Source: Terriglobia bacterium (GTDB lineage Bacteria; Acidobacteriota; Terriglobia; 20CM-2-55-15). Taken from it: a DNA stretch of 64,000 nucleotides. The stretch spans positions 96,001 to 160,000 of the forward strand of contig CBDCLE010000010.1 in assembly GCA_965218585.1 (NCBI GenBank). Reading direction: 5' to 3'. Shown here in pieces: positions 1 to 10,217 of this stretch (within the stretch, counting starts at the first letter, position 1; each line of letters begins with the position of its first letter). The notes under the pieces are model-generated. The model was not told where the DNA came from. It saw only the letters and a program-made list of their open reading frames with translations, and ran no database searches. Position numbers and translations under genes: made by a program.

Positions 1-29
1 AGATACGCCGCTCTTCCTCAATCCCTTAA

Positions 30-1084
30 ACACCAGATTCGGTTATAACTCCTCTATTCAGCCAAGTCCGCTTAGCGAGCGGGTTCGGTCAAGCAAACAT
101 CGGAGGCCAACAGGTTTTCGTCCATGTGACAGTGGCTGTTCCGCCGGGTTTAGACGGACCCAGCGTTGCTGAAGATGCTGTCCGGGGCAGGGGGCACGTC
201 CGATCCAGTCCGCGGAGTTTTCGTTGACGGGATTGGATTGGAACAATTCTATCCTGCTTGATAATTTGCCAACTGATCTGCATCAATACCGGAATTTTTC
301 CGATGTCGATGCAGTAGCGGCGTTAGAAAACTCTCAGACGACGTGGAATGCTGTCGATACTTCAGAATTCAGCTTTCACGCGCTCGGCGTTACCAACCGA
401 TGCCCATCACTGGCGAAAGAGTGTCCCGGACGACAGTTCCCCGACGAATACAACGATGTGGGCTTTGCCTCCATTGGCGGATGCTGCACTCTGGCGGCTA
501 CGTGGTTTCTAAGGGGCAGCTCCGACCCTGAGGACGAACCCGAAGCCGACATCGTGATTAATAACCGCGTCAATTGGAATAGCATCGATCTCGAGACCGT
601 GCTCGTGCACGAGGAAGGACACGCTTTCGGCGCGGGGCATTCTTCGGTCAGCGGAGCTGTAATGGAAGCTATCTATGATGGCGTGAGACCCCTGCACGAG
701 GACGATCTGCGCGTTGTTACCTATCTTTATCCAGATCCAGATCCAAACAATCCGTCAGTCGGCGACATCACGGGCACAGTGACCTCGTCTGGCGGAGGAG
801 CGATCGAAGGGGCCACGGTCTCTATTAACGATTCCCCCGTGTCGGCCGAAACCAACGAGAGTGGGTACTACTCTCTGGCAGGTGTGCCGAACATTGGAGA
901 CTACGATGTGACGGTAAGCGCGAGAGGCCATGTGAGCAAACCAATACCTGACGTCGAGGTATTTGACGGGCTGGCAGCAACTGTCCTGAACATTGTGCTC
1001 GAGGTAGACTCCGATGACGACGGCGGTGGCGGTAATGGCGGACCCTGCGTACCCAGGGGTCCCAGGGGTAATAATTGCAAGTAG
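30..1084 (+). pseudogene. Matrixin/M10-like zinc metalloprotease with C-terminal carboxypeptidase-regulatory-like domain; 5' part frameshifted
   Basis: ORF 224-1084 has HEEGHAFGAGHS (HExxHxxGxxH), a Met-turn (AVMEA) and a GDITGTVT...GATVSI domain. Frame +3 (30-187, ...VHVTVAVPPGLDGPSVAEDAVRG) joins it if one G is added to the G4 run at 184-187. True start not resolved. Confidence 0.75.
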
Positions 1085-1119
1085 CTACCACATAAGACTC
1101 GCCCGGAGTGTGGATCACG

Positions 1120-1148
1120 AAAAGGCCCGTCCCTATGGCGGGCCTTTT
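1120..1148 (+). terminator. Intrinsic (probably bidirectional) terminator
   Basis: aaaaggcccg-N9-cgggcctttt just after the protease stop. Confidence 0.8.
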
Positions 1149-1318
1149 CTCTTATAGCTGCTCCCCTTCAGTTTCTTTCAAACCCAGTTCAGGACCGGCG
1201 CGGTTCGCGGCGTGCATTGGAAGTCCAGCCCCCTCGTTTCGGTGCATTTGGCAACGGTAGTTCAGTTAATACACTTATACCCACGGACACTACCGTTAGG
1301 GCGCGCAAATCGCTTGAC

Positions 1319-2697
1319 GAGGTCATTACAAAAGGTGTGTAAAAGTCATCAGGCGGCGGCCTTCGATTTCATCACGACTCTGATGCCGTCAGCGAATTGC
1401 TGACCATCATAGACCTCTTGTAAGAGTTCGGATCCTTTTAAGTGTCGCCAATTAAGTGTCGCCAAGCCTTCTCAGCGACACGTAGTAGCTTCCAGATCAT
1501 TGCCGTTGCATTCTCGACACGCTTGAATCGGCGAGCGGCGTTGGTGCGGAGGCGAACCATGTCGAAGGGCGATTCGACGATGTTGGTTGTTCTCAGATGC
1601 ACCCAGTGTTGTTTCGGGAACTCATAGAAAGTAATCATCCGGTCCCAGTCCCGCAACAGCGTCTCACCCGCTTTGGGATAGTTCTTCTCATATCGGCGGA
1701 CGAACTGATCCCGCTTTCGTTCGCAGGCCGCGCGGGAGTTCGCGAAGGCCATCCCATGAAGCAGCTGTCTGGCCGCGGGCTGCTCGGTCTTCGGCAGATG
1801 ATCGACCACGTTGATCGACTTGTGGTTCCAGCAGCGTTGTTCCTGGCCCTGGGGCTGTTGCTCGGCCAGCGCGGACCAGATGCCCAGGTGACCGTCCGCG
1901 ACAGTCAGCCGTCCCAGCTTCAGGTCCCGTCTCTGGAGATTGCGCAGAATGCGGCTCCAGGACTCCTTGTTTTTCCGCTGCCCGCTCTCACAGGCCAACA
2001 CCACTTTGCGCCCGTCTGACAAGGCTCCGATGATCACCAGCAATGCCGCTCGCTCTTTCGCGATCCCCGCTTTCACGTACAAGCCGTCTGCCCACTGGTA
2101 CACGACCTCGAGGCCGGACAGGTCCTGCTGGACCCACTCGTCATACTCCAACTGCCAGGTCGATTTCAGTCGTTGGATCGATGCTCGCGACAACGGAGCG
2201 CCAGCGCCAAGCAGTCCGCGCATGGCCTGCTCGAAGTCCCTTGTGGCCAGACCGTGGAGGTAGAGATCGGGAAGTAGCTCGCCCAGCTGTTTCGATTTCC
2301 GTCGAAAATACGGCAGGATCTGACTCTCGAACCGCTCGGCGGTGTTTCGAACCCGAGGTCGTCGAACCTCCATCGTACCGTTCATCATTGCGAAGCGTCG
2401 CGGCTTCCCGTGACCGTTCCGGTATCCTCGTCGATTCGGACTCCGCTCCGACTTTTCCCGACCCAGAAATTGAGTGACTTCGTCCTCGAGCAGCTCCTGT
2501 AGCCAGACTTGGACCCGGGATCGCGCCCAGTCCTCCAAACCTTCATACGCGTTCGTTGACGCCACTGATGCCGGTATGTTCTTCTTCTTCATGGGTGGTG
2601 TACCTTTCTCCCGGTTGCTGCCGGGATTGCTTAGGGTTTCGGATTCACCGAAAGCGTACACCGCCTTCTCTTTTTACACACCGATTGGAACGACCTC
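1319..2697 (-). mobile_element. IS256-family element, copy A1
   Basis: Imperfect terminal IRs gaggtcattacaaaaggtgtgtaaaa / ttttacacaccgattggaacgacctc; no target duplication; near-identical to 45971-47166. Confidence 0.9.
1438..2592 (-). CDS. IS256-family transposase, C-terminus truncated by a 14-bp tandem duplication
   Basis: GYRNG, WADGLY, QRCWNHK and LRTTNIVES motifs. taagtgtcgcca is repeated at ~1439-1464, giving a premature stop where copy A2 encodes ...WRHLKGSELLQEVYDG...KAAA. Confidence 0.9.
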   Translation of the reverse strand: MKKKNIPASVASTNAYEGLEDWARSRVQVWLQELLEDEVTQFLGREKSERSPNRRGYRNGHGKPRRFAMMNGTMEVRRPRVRNTAERFESQILPYFRRKSKQLGELLPDLYLHGLATRDFEQAMRGLLGAGAPLSRASIQRLKSTWQLEYDEWVQQDLSGLEVVYQWADGLYVKAGIAKERAALLVIIGALSDGRKVVLACESGQRKNKESWSRILRNLQRRDLKLGRLTVADGHLGIWSALAEQQPQGQEQRCWNHKSINVVDHLPKTEQPAARQLLHGMAFANSRAACERKRDQFVRRYEKNYPKAGETLLRDWDRMITFYEFPKQHWVHLRTTNIVESPFDMVRLRTNAARRFKRVENATAMIWKLLRVAEKAWRHLIGDT

Positions 2698-2926
2698 CAA
2701 CTCAGCGTACTCCAGCTAGATATCCTTCGTTCTTGCCTTAAGCTGCTGCAGCACAGTCACTTGGATTTTCGACCCTCGTCTGACTTCCCGTCACAAACAA
2801 TCTGTGTCATTGGCCCGAGTTTTGATCTATTGGCGTGATGTGGAGTTCATTCTTATGTGACACGCAATACATACAAACAGGAAGCTACGGAGTTAGATTA
2901 AACCCCAGTAGTTCCTCCATCTTGTT

Positions 2927-3054
2927 CTGTGGGGCGGCGCTTGTGTCGCCCCCTTTTTTTCTTTAAAGGCGCACGGTGGTGGAGGACGGAATCCCGTTGT
3001 TGGGCGCTCTCGGAACGTTCGACTTTCTTGGGCGGTCATAGACCGCCCCTACAG
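2927..3054. repeat. Inverted pair of GTAG-type REP-like palindromes
   Basis: ctgtggggcggcgcttgtgtcgcccc (2927-2952) faces gggcggtcatagaccgcccctacag (3030-3054; RC ctgtaggggcggtctatgaccgccc). Confidence 0.55.
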
Positions 3055-3741
3055 GGTTTGGTGAAAGTATCTTTCTTGATTGGTGGGGGAAACAAAAATG
3101 CGACTGGGTCGACTGATAACGCACTCACTTTGCCATGGCTCCGTGAGGGCCCAAGTCGATTACTAGCCAAACCCCAGATCTTAGAGCTCTTTTTCAATAC
3201 CCCAAGTGAAATCTGGATTGCTCCAGATTTCGCTCTCGGCATCGTGCCAATAGTCGGCGTTGGTTGCTACCTATCGACCCAATCGCAGACGTAGTCTCTT
3301 TCTTTTTCGAACAAGGGTCAACGCGAAAGATTTGCGGTACTTGAAGGAAGTCCCCCTGATTCGTCGATAAGGGCTTCCCTATTCGCCTCCGGACCGGCAC
3401 AATTTCTAAAGAGAACGGCCCAAATTATCTGAATTCGCAGCGCATGGACAACACGAACAAGACACAACTCCAGCCGAAAGACACGGAACATATCCTCCGC
3501 TCCCTGGTCGAAGGGACTGCGAGCGTTACGGGAGATGCGTTTTTCTGTTCCGCTGTCGAACACCTCGCTTCTGTATTGGGCGTGAACTATGCCTTCGTCG
3601 GTCGCTTTGCGGACGATTCCAGGTCCACGGTCCAGTCTCTCGCGTTCTGGACAGGAAAGGGACTCAGCCCGCCTTTCTCGTATCCTCTTGAAGGAACACC
3701 CTGCGCCAAAGTGGTCGCCGGCAACGTTGCCCTCTATCAGG

Positions 3742-4569
3742 GGTTCTGGTGCAGACAGCCCAAGGGAATTGGCGATAATGGGATATGGCGCATCGCAAAA
3801 CGAAACGGAATCCTCTATTTGCCGGACGTTGGTTCGAAGACGACATCATTCTCCTCTGCCTTCGCTGGTATTTTCGCTTCAAACTCAGCTACCGGGATTT
3901 GGTCGTGATTCTTGGTGAGCGGGGCTTGTCGATTTCGCACACCACAATCTTGCGTTGGGTGGTTCGCTATGCCGAAACGTGCGAAAAGCGCTGGCGCCGA
4001 TTCGAGCGACCGGTAGGAGGGAGCTGGCGAGTCGATGAAACGTTCATCAAGGTTCGGGGCCAGTGGATGTATCTGTACCGCGCCGTGGATGGACAGGGCA
4101 ACACCGTGGAGTTCTATCTGAGTCGAACACGCGGCATTGCTGCAGCGAAGGCATTCTTTCGCAAGGCACTGAAGCATCATCCGGAGCCACACAGCATCAC
4201 CCTGGATGGCCACCGGCCGAGCCATAGCGCGTTACGTCGCATAGGAATGAACGGGGATTTCAACTTCCGGGGACGGAACCCGGTGAAGATTCGTTGCTGT
4301 CAATACCTGAACAACGTGGTGGAGCAGGACCACCGCCGGGTGAAGGGGCGATTGCGGCCGATGTTGGGATTCAAGACGTTCTACAATGCGCGACGGGTGA
4401 TTACCGGCATCGAGCTGGCGCAGAAGATCCACAAACGCCAGTTCGCAATTCCGATCACATTGCAGTCGAATCCTGCGGTGATCTGGCGTCACGTCATGGC
4501 AGCATAGTCCGCATCGCTGCGGCACACTCCTGGTCTTATCGCTCCGACAATCCTATCTGCACCAGAACC
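3742..4569 (+). mobile_element. IS6-family element (828 bp) with 8-bp TSD
   Basis: IRs ggttctggtgcagacag / ctatctgcaccagaacc; TSD ctatcagg at 3734-3741 and 4570-4577. Confidence 0.95.
3785..4507 (+). CDS. IS6-family transposase
   Basis: SWRVDETFIKVRGQWMYLYRAVD and YLNNVVEQDHRRVK motifs. Confidence 0.95.
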   Translation: MAHRKTKRNPLFAGRWFEDDIILLCLRWYFRFKLSYRDLVVILGERGLSISHTTILRWVVRYAETCEKRWRRFERPVGGSWRVDETFIKVRGQWMYLYRAVDGQGNTVEFYLSRTRGIAAAKAFFRKALKHHPEPHSITLDGHRPSHSALRRIGMNGDFNFRGRNPVKIRCCQYLNNVVEQDHRRVKGRLRPMLGFKTFYNARRVITGIELAQKIHKRQFAIPITLQSNPAVIWRHVMAA

Positions 4570-6531
4570 CTATCAGGACAACGTCGCCACTCTTTTCCCC
4601 GACGATCAGGTACTCATTAACCTCGACGTGCGAAGCTATCTGGGCGTTCCTATCTACGGTGCTGAAGGCTTTGTCATCGGCCATGTTGCCGTTCTCGACA
4701 CCAAGCCCATGGAGGATTACGAGTGGACTCAATCGGTCCTCAAGATATTTGCCTCGCGTGCAGGGGCGGAAATGGACCGCCAGGAGATGGAGCGGAAGCT
4801 CCAGGAGGCCGTCGACCGCTACGCCCTCGCTACGAGCTCTGCCGAGGTCGGGGTGTGGGACTGGAACATTGAAACGAATGAGTTCTATCTGGACCCCAAC
4901 ATCAGAGCAAGGCTCGGTTTCGCGGAAGAGGAAGTCGCGACTACTGCGAAGGGTTGGTTAAAGCACGTTCATCCGGAAGATCGCGACCGGATAACGGAAG
5001 TAGCGCGTGCATGTGTCGATGGGGAAATCCCCGAATACGAACTCGAACACCGCTCGATTCACAAGGACGGTTCCGTGAGATGGTCTCTGGTCCGGGGACG
5101 AGTGATTCGGGATGGTGGGGGTCTCCCCGTTCGCATGGTTGGCACAAACACCGACGTCACTGATCGCAAGCAACTTGAATCACAACTGTTTCAGGCGAAG
5201 AAGATGGAAAGCGTCGGCCTTCTGGCCGGGGGAATCGCGCATGACTTCAACAACCTTCTGACCGTTATCCTGGGACTCACAAGAGAAATACAAAACGAAG
5301 ACGAGAACGAACTTTCAGACGAAATCGGTGACATTCAACATGCTGCTGAACGCGCGGCTCTTTTGACACGCCAGTTACTGGCATTCAGCCGCCGCCAGAT
5401 TCTGCAACCAAAAGTCCTCGAGCCCAACCAACTCATAACAAATCTCGTTGGCCTCGTTGAAAAGCTCCTGGGAGAAGACATTCAAGTCGTCACGAACCTC
5501 GATTCCGACATCGGCTATGTCAAGGCCGACCCCGTCCAGTTGGAACAGATCGTCATGAACCTTGCGGCTAATTCCCGCGACGCCATGCCGGAAGGAGGAC
5601 AGGTAACGATAGAAACGGGCAATGTCGATTTCGATGCCCAGTTTGTTAAGACCCATCCTGGAAGCAATGAAGGCTCCTTTGTCAGAATCCGATTAAGAGA
5701 CGAAGGTGTCGGTATGGATCAGGCCACGCTGGACCGCATCTTTGAGCCGTTTTTCACGACCAAGGATTCTCGTGCGGGTACCGGCCTCGGACTCTCTATG
5801 GTTTACGGAATCGTGAAGCAGAGTGGGGGTTACGTAAAGGCCGACAGCGAGCCGGAGGGCGGAACTGCCTTTGAGGTCTACCTTCCGCGAGTGGAAAAGG
5901 CGAGTACTGTATCCGAAGCCACCGCACCTGTTACGCAGCAGGGCGCCGAGACCGTCCTTCTGGTTGAAGATGAACCCTCTCTCAGACGGTTCGTGCGGAA
6001 AGCCCTGGAACATGCGGGCTATACGGTTCTGGAAGCCTCAAACGGCGAAGATGCCCTCGCCGTGTTCCGAGGGCGCGAACAAGAGATCCAGGTCATTCTC
6101 ACCGATGTCGTTATGCCCAAACTCGGAGGCACGCAGCTCGTCGAGCAGATCCGGAAATCGCGCCCTGAAATCGGCGCTGTATTCATGTCCGGTTATACGA
6201 ATCAAGCTCACAAACACCCGCCATCAACCGACCCATCGTCGGCGTTCATTCAGAAACCTTTTGGCATCGAGGAACTCACCGCGAAGCTTCGAGGTGTGAT
6301 CGACGAAGTTCACAGCAAGGCCTAGCCACAAGGCTTCTTGGATAGTGACTTCCTGTCAGGATGGAAAATGCGCGGCAGGCGCAGGGTAGGAACATCGCTT
6401 TTCGGGATGGCCGGAGCCCCCTAGCCGCGCAGAGGAACCTACGTAACTACAAACATCTTCGAATAGAGGACCAGCAGAATAGGTCCGCTTTGAGTTGCCG
6501 TATTTTCGAAAGTCATGGAAGATAGTCCGTT

Positions 6532-7788
6532 ATGTCGTCCCCAGCAGACCTGAACCTAGAGCTCTCGAGAGCCGTCGACCGCCTGACGCGTATCGTAGAT
6601 GCGACCAAGCTGCTCAACTCCACCCTTGACCTGTCGGAGCTGACGCGAATCATTCTGCAGATCGTTCGTGACGAAGTTGGTGTGGAGCGGGGGACGGTAT
6701 TCGTTGTTTCCGAAGACGGTGAGTGGCTGCGTTCTCTCGTCGCGCAGGAAGTCGACGAAGAGATCGAGATCCGCGTCGGATCGGGTATCGCCGGTGCTGT
6801 TGCCGAGTCGGGCAAGGTCATCGACATCGATAACCCCTACGAAGACTCCCGGTTTGACAAGAGCTTCGACGCCCAGCTCGGTTTTCGAACCCGCGATATC
6901 TACTGCATGCCGGTTCGCAATCGCGAAGGCACGACCGTCGGCGTACTTCAACTGCTCAACCGGAGCCGACCGCTGATACAGCCAGATAAGGATTTTCTCG
7001 CCGGCATCTCGATCCACATCGGACTCGCCTTGGAAAAAGCCGCGATGCATCATTACCTCGTCGAGAAAAAACGCATTGAACGAGAGCTGGATCTGGCCCG
7101 GGAAATACAGCAGGAGTTTCATCCGAAGCTTCCCGAATCCCATGGGGGCGTCCAGATCGCCGGCTCTTCCAAGATGTGTTACGAGGTCGGAGGTGATTAC
7201 TTTTCGTTTTTCCCGATCGATGAAGAGGGACGTTTCATCGTTATGCTCGGAGACGTCTCGGGCAAAGGGATCGGGGCAGCACTGGTCATGACCTCAGTCC
7301 ACGCGATGTGTCGCGCAGTGGTCAAACACGTCCACTCACTGGAACAGATCACGTATGTCCTCAATGAGATGCTTATTGAATCAACCAAGCAACAGACCTA
7401 CCTGACGCTCCAGATTGCTCTCGTGGATCCGGTCAAAAGACGCATCCACCTCATCAGTGCCGGCCACAACCCGCCCATCATGGTCGACGGGTCCGGCATC
7501 GTCCATCTTCTGAAGGAGGGTGGGGGTCCGCCCGTAGGCATGCTTCCGGGAATCCGTTACCACCGTGAGCTGATCGACGTTGATCCTGGAGCCGTGTTGG
7601 TTTTTTACACGGACGGAGTCAGTGAAGCCGAAGAGCAATTTGAAACCGATCGTCTCTCGATCGTCATCAGGCAGAACAAGGATGAATCAGCGACCATGAT
7701 TCATGACGCGATACGCGACGCGTTAGCTGAATTTGTGGGTCAGACTCCGGCAAACGATGACAGCACGATGGTCGTCCTCAAATTCTAG
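6532..7788 (+). CDS. GAF-domain PP2C/SpoIIE (RsbU-like) phosphatase
   Basis: N-terminal GAF; VGGDY, GDVSGKG, SAGHNPP, YTDGVSE and DDST motifs. Confidence 0.9.
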   Translation: MSSPADLNLELSRAVDRLTRIVDATKLLNSTLDLSELTRIILQIVRDEVGVERGTVFVVSEDGEWLRSLVAQEVDEEIEIRVGSGIAGAVAESGKVIDIDNPYEDSRFDKSFDAQLGFRTRDIYCMPVRNREGTTVGVLQLLNRSRPLIQPDKDFLAGISIHIGLALEKAAMHHYLVEKKRIERELDLAREIQQEFHPKLPESHGGVQIAGSSKMCYEVGGDYFSFFPIDEEGRFIVMLGDVSGKGIGAALVMTSVHAMCRAVVKHVHSLEQITYVLNEMLIESTKQQTYLTLQIALVDPVKRRIHLISAGHNPPIMVDGSGIVHLLKEGGGPPVGMLPGIRYHRELIDVDPGAVLVFYTDGVSEAEEQFETDRLSIVIRQNKDESATMIHDAIRDALAEFVGQTPANDDSTMVVLKF

Positions 7789-8171
7789 TGCCCCTTCCCT
7801 TTTGGAATTTCGTTCTTGGTGTCATCCGGCTGCGTTGCATTGCCTGTCTTGAAGGAGCGGTTTTCGACGGACTCTTCAAAGCGCGACGGCGGTGTGGCCA
7901 CTGTGGTTACTTCTTCGCACGTGAAAGCGGCTACTTCCTGGGCTCGGCCTATATCGGCTATGGCGCCGCAATCGCCGTTGCGATCGGAACGTGGTTCGTT
8001 CTGGGGTACCTCATGGGCATGGGCTGGACTTGGCCCGTCCTGGCAGTTCTTCTCCTGGTGGTCTCAGTTTTCCCCATCTGGTTCTTCCGATATTCGAGAA
8101 TGATGTGGATGGCGCTGGATATGTATCTCAATCCCCCCGTAAAGGAAGATTTCCAGTCACGAGGACGGTAA
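7788..8171 (+). CDS. DUF983-like zinc-ribbon membrane protein
   Basis: CxxC...CxxC followed by two hydrophobic helices; overlaps the upstream stop codon. Confidence 0.7.
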   Translation: MPLPFWNFVLGVIRLRCIACLEGAVFDGLFKARRRCGHCGYFFARESGYFLGSAYIGYGAAIAVAIGTWFVLGYLMGMGWTWPVLAVLLLVVSVFPIWFFRYSRMMWMALDMYLNPPVKEDFQSRGR

Positions 8172-8236
8172 CGCTGACTTGCGGGCACTCGAAGCGGCAG
8201 CTTAAAATGGTCGCCTCGCCTCGGAGGCGGATACAA

Positions 8237-8309
8237 GGCCCCATCGTCTAGTGGTTTAGGACGTAGCCCTCTCAAGGCTAAAACACGGGTTCGACTCCCG
8301 TTGGGGCTA
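8237..8309 (+). tRNA. tRNA-Glu (anticodon CTC), CCA not encoded
   Basis: Acceptor stem ggcccca/tggggct, anticodon arm tagcc-ctCTCaa-ggcta, T arm acggg-ttcgact-cccgt. Confidence 0.95.
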
Positions 8310-8404
8310 TTCTTTTACGGCCACCATTCGGAGGCTCACGCCCATTTAAATCGTGTAGGTGGGGCCGGGTGCGGCCCCAGTGATGGGAGGCGTATCCGAC
8401 CCTT

Positions 8405-10213
8405 CTACTCGTCAATCAGAATGACGTCAATGTTGTCACTGTAGAGCTGTTCCACGAGAGAGTGCCGCTGCTCCAGTACGGCACGCTGATTGACGTAGCC
8501 TTTGTCCGTAATTTCGCCGGCATCTATATCGAGTGGTTGGGTCAGCAGCATGACGCGGGCAACAGAGCTGCTTGAAGCCGGATTCGCCGCGTTGTATTTT
8601 GCGAGGCTGGTCCGCAGATGCGTCTCCAACGTGATTTGGTTGACGAGCTCCGTTAGTTCAGTATCCGGGGCGTTGCCACACAGCTCACAAATTCCTGCGA
8701 TATTCGGTACGATCAGCAGGCCGATTTCATCTCGATCGTGTCCAGTCACAATGGCATCCTCGATGACTTCGGGACATGCGGAAATTGCAGCGGTTCTCAG
8801 TGTGCCGGTGCTGACCCATGAACCGGTCAGTAACTTGAAGTCTTCGGCGACACGGCCGTCAAACACGATTCCCTTGTTGGGGTGGTCCGGGTCCGCAAGT
8901 GTTCCGGCATCTCCTGTTTTGAAAAAGCCGTCGTCGTCGAACGCTTGCTGTGTCAGATCATCCCGTTTGAAATAACCAGGTGTGACGTTGGGTCCACTGA
9001 TCCGCAATTCGAGCTTTCCTTCGTTGGGCAGCATCTTGAGGTCCGTTCCCGGCACTGGCAGGCCGACTATGCGGGCGCGATCGACCGGGTAGTGGGTGCC
9101 GACTGCCAACGGTCCCGACTCTGTCAATCCCCAGCCTGACATCATGGCGACTTTGTAGCCCAGCGCAGCAATTGACAATGCCTCAATTCTTTCCCATAGG
9201 TCCTGCGGCAGTGCCGCCGCCGAGTGGAAAATCAAGTCGAGATTCGAGAAAAAGTGATCGCGAAAGTCTGCGTCCTGTTCCAGTAGCGGGACCAGCATCT
9301 GGTAGCCCCGCGGCACATTGAAGTAAAGCGTAGGTGTAATTTCCCGCAGATTTCGAACAGTGGTCCGAACCATCCCGGGAGCGGGTTTACCGCCGTCGAT
9401 GTACAGTGTTCCGCCGTTTCTAAGGATCAGGTTGAAATTGTGATTGCCGCCGAAAGTGTGATTCCAGGGGAGCCAGTCAACCAGTACCGGTCGGCGGCGG
9501 GCAATGAACGGCCACACTTGAGCGAGCGCCTGCTGATTCGAACAAAGCATGCGGTGCGTGTTGATGACACCCTTGGGCACGCCCGTCGATCCGGAGGTAA
9601 ACAGGATTTTCGCCACCGTGTCCGGATCGACCTGTGACAAGGCATCATCCACGGCCTGGGTCGCGGTCACGTTAGTCGATTCCTCGAGATCCATCGCGGT
9701 GACGATGTCGACACCGTCGAGATCGAGTGCGGTGAGCGCACTGCCAAACTCATCGGCGTCGGCTGCAAAAACGACTGAAGGTTCGACGAGGTCGAATATG
9801 AACTTGAGCTTGCTGAAGTCCTGCGACTTCAATGAATAGGAGGGCGACACCGGCACGGTGGGAACGCCGATAAACATTGCGGCCATTTGCAGTAGCGCAT
9901 TGGCGATGCTGTTTTCGGAAAGCAGCATTACTGGCCGCTCGGCGGAGATACCTCGATCCAGGAGAGACTGTGCTGTTGACCGGACAGAATCGAGTGCCTT
10001 CCGGTAGGAAATGTGATTCCAGTCCCCGTCGGCCGGGCGTTCGGCGAGAAACGTACGGTCCGGCGCTTTTTGGGCCCAGTCAACTAGCCAGCTACAGGTG
10101 TGGTCGGGGTAAGGCCCCAGCGCGATCGGCGATCGCAGTATGAATCCGCCGTCGGACAGCGATTCAACTTCGACCCGTGCAGGTGCGAATTCCGGTGCTG
10201 TGCGGCCAGTCAC
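8405..10213 (-). CDS. Feruloyl-CoA-synthase-like aryl-acid CoA ligase
   Basis: FTSGSTGVPKG, DWLPWNHTFGG, GWGLTE, FKTGD and GEITDKGYVNQ motifs; GTG start 4 nt after the transaminase stop. Confidence 0.88.
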   Translation of the reverse strand: MTGRTAPEFAPARVEVESLSDGGFILRSPIALGPYPDHTCSWLVDWAQKAPDRTFLAERPADGDWNHISYRKALDSVRSTAQSLLDRGISAERPVMLLSENSIANALLQMAAMFIGVPTVPVSPSYSLKSQDFSKLKFIFDLVEPSVVFAADADEFGSALTALDLDGVDIVTAMDLEESTNVTATQAVDDALSQVDPDTVAKILFTSGSTGVPKGVINTHRMLCSNQQALAQVWPFIARRRPVLVDWLPWNHTFGGNHNFNLILRNGGTLYIDGGKPAPGMVRTTVRNLREITPTLYFNVPRGYQMLVPLLEQDADFRDHFFSNLDLIFHSAAALPQDLWERIEALSIAALGYKVAMMSGWGLTESGPLAVGTHYPVDRARIVGLPVPGTDLKMLPNEGKLELRISGPNVTPGYFKRDDLTQQAFDDDGFFKTGDAGTLADPDHPNKGIVFDGRVAEDFKLLTGSWVSTGTLRTAAISACPEVIEDAIVTGHDRDEIGLLIVPNIAGICELCGNAPDTELTELVNQITLETHLRTSLAKYNAANPASSSSVARVMLLTQPLDIDAGEITDKGYVNQRAVLEQRHSLVEQLYSDNIDVILIDE

Positions 10214-10217
10214 GTCG

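Larger units (their letters stand above)
3444..6325 (+). pseudogene. Hybrid sensor kinase (GAF-PAS-HisKA-HATPase-REC) interrupted by IS6
   Basis: Removing the IS and one TSD copy restores the frame ...ALYQ|DNVATLFPDD...VRSYLGVP (681 aa). Motifs: AHDFNNLL H-box, EPFFTTK/GTGLGL, REC LLVED...TDVVMP...KPF. Confidence 0.92.

Noticed and set aside
184-194. Programmed frameshift or phase variation in the metalloprotease G-run (likewise rloB 59598-59602)
   Set aside because: The runs are only 4-5 nt; without reads they cannot be distinguished from a sequencing indel or ordinary decay.
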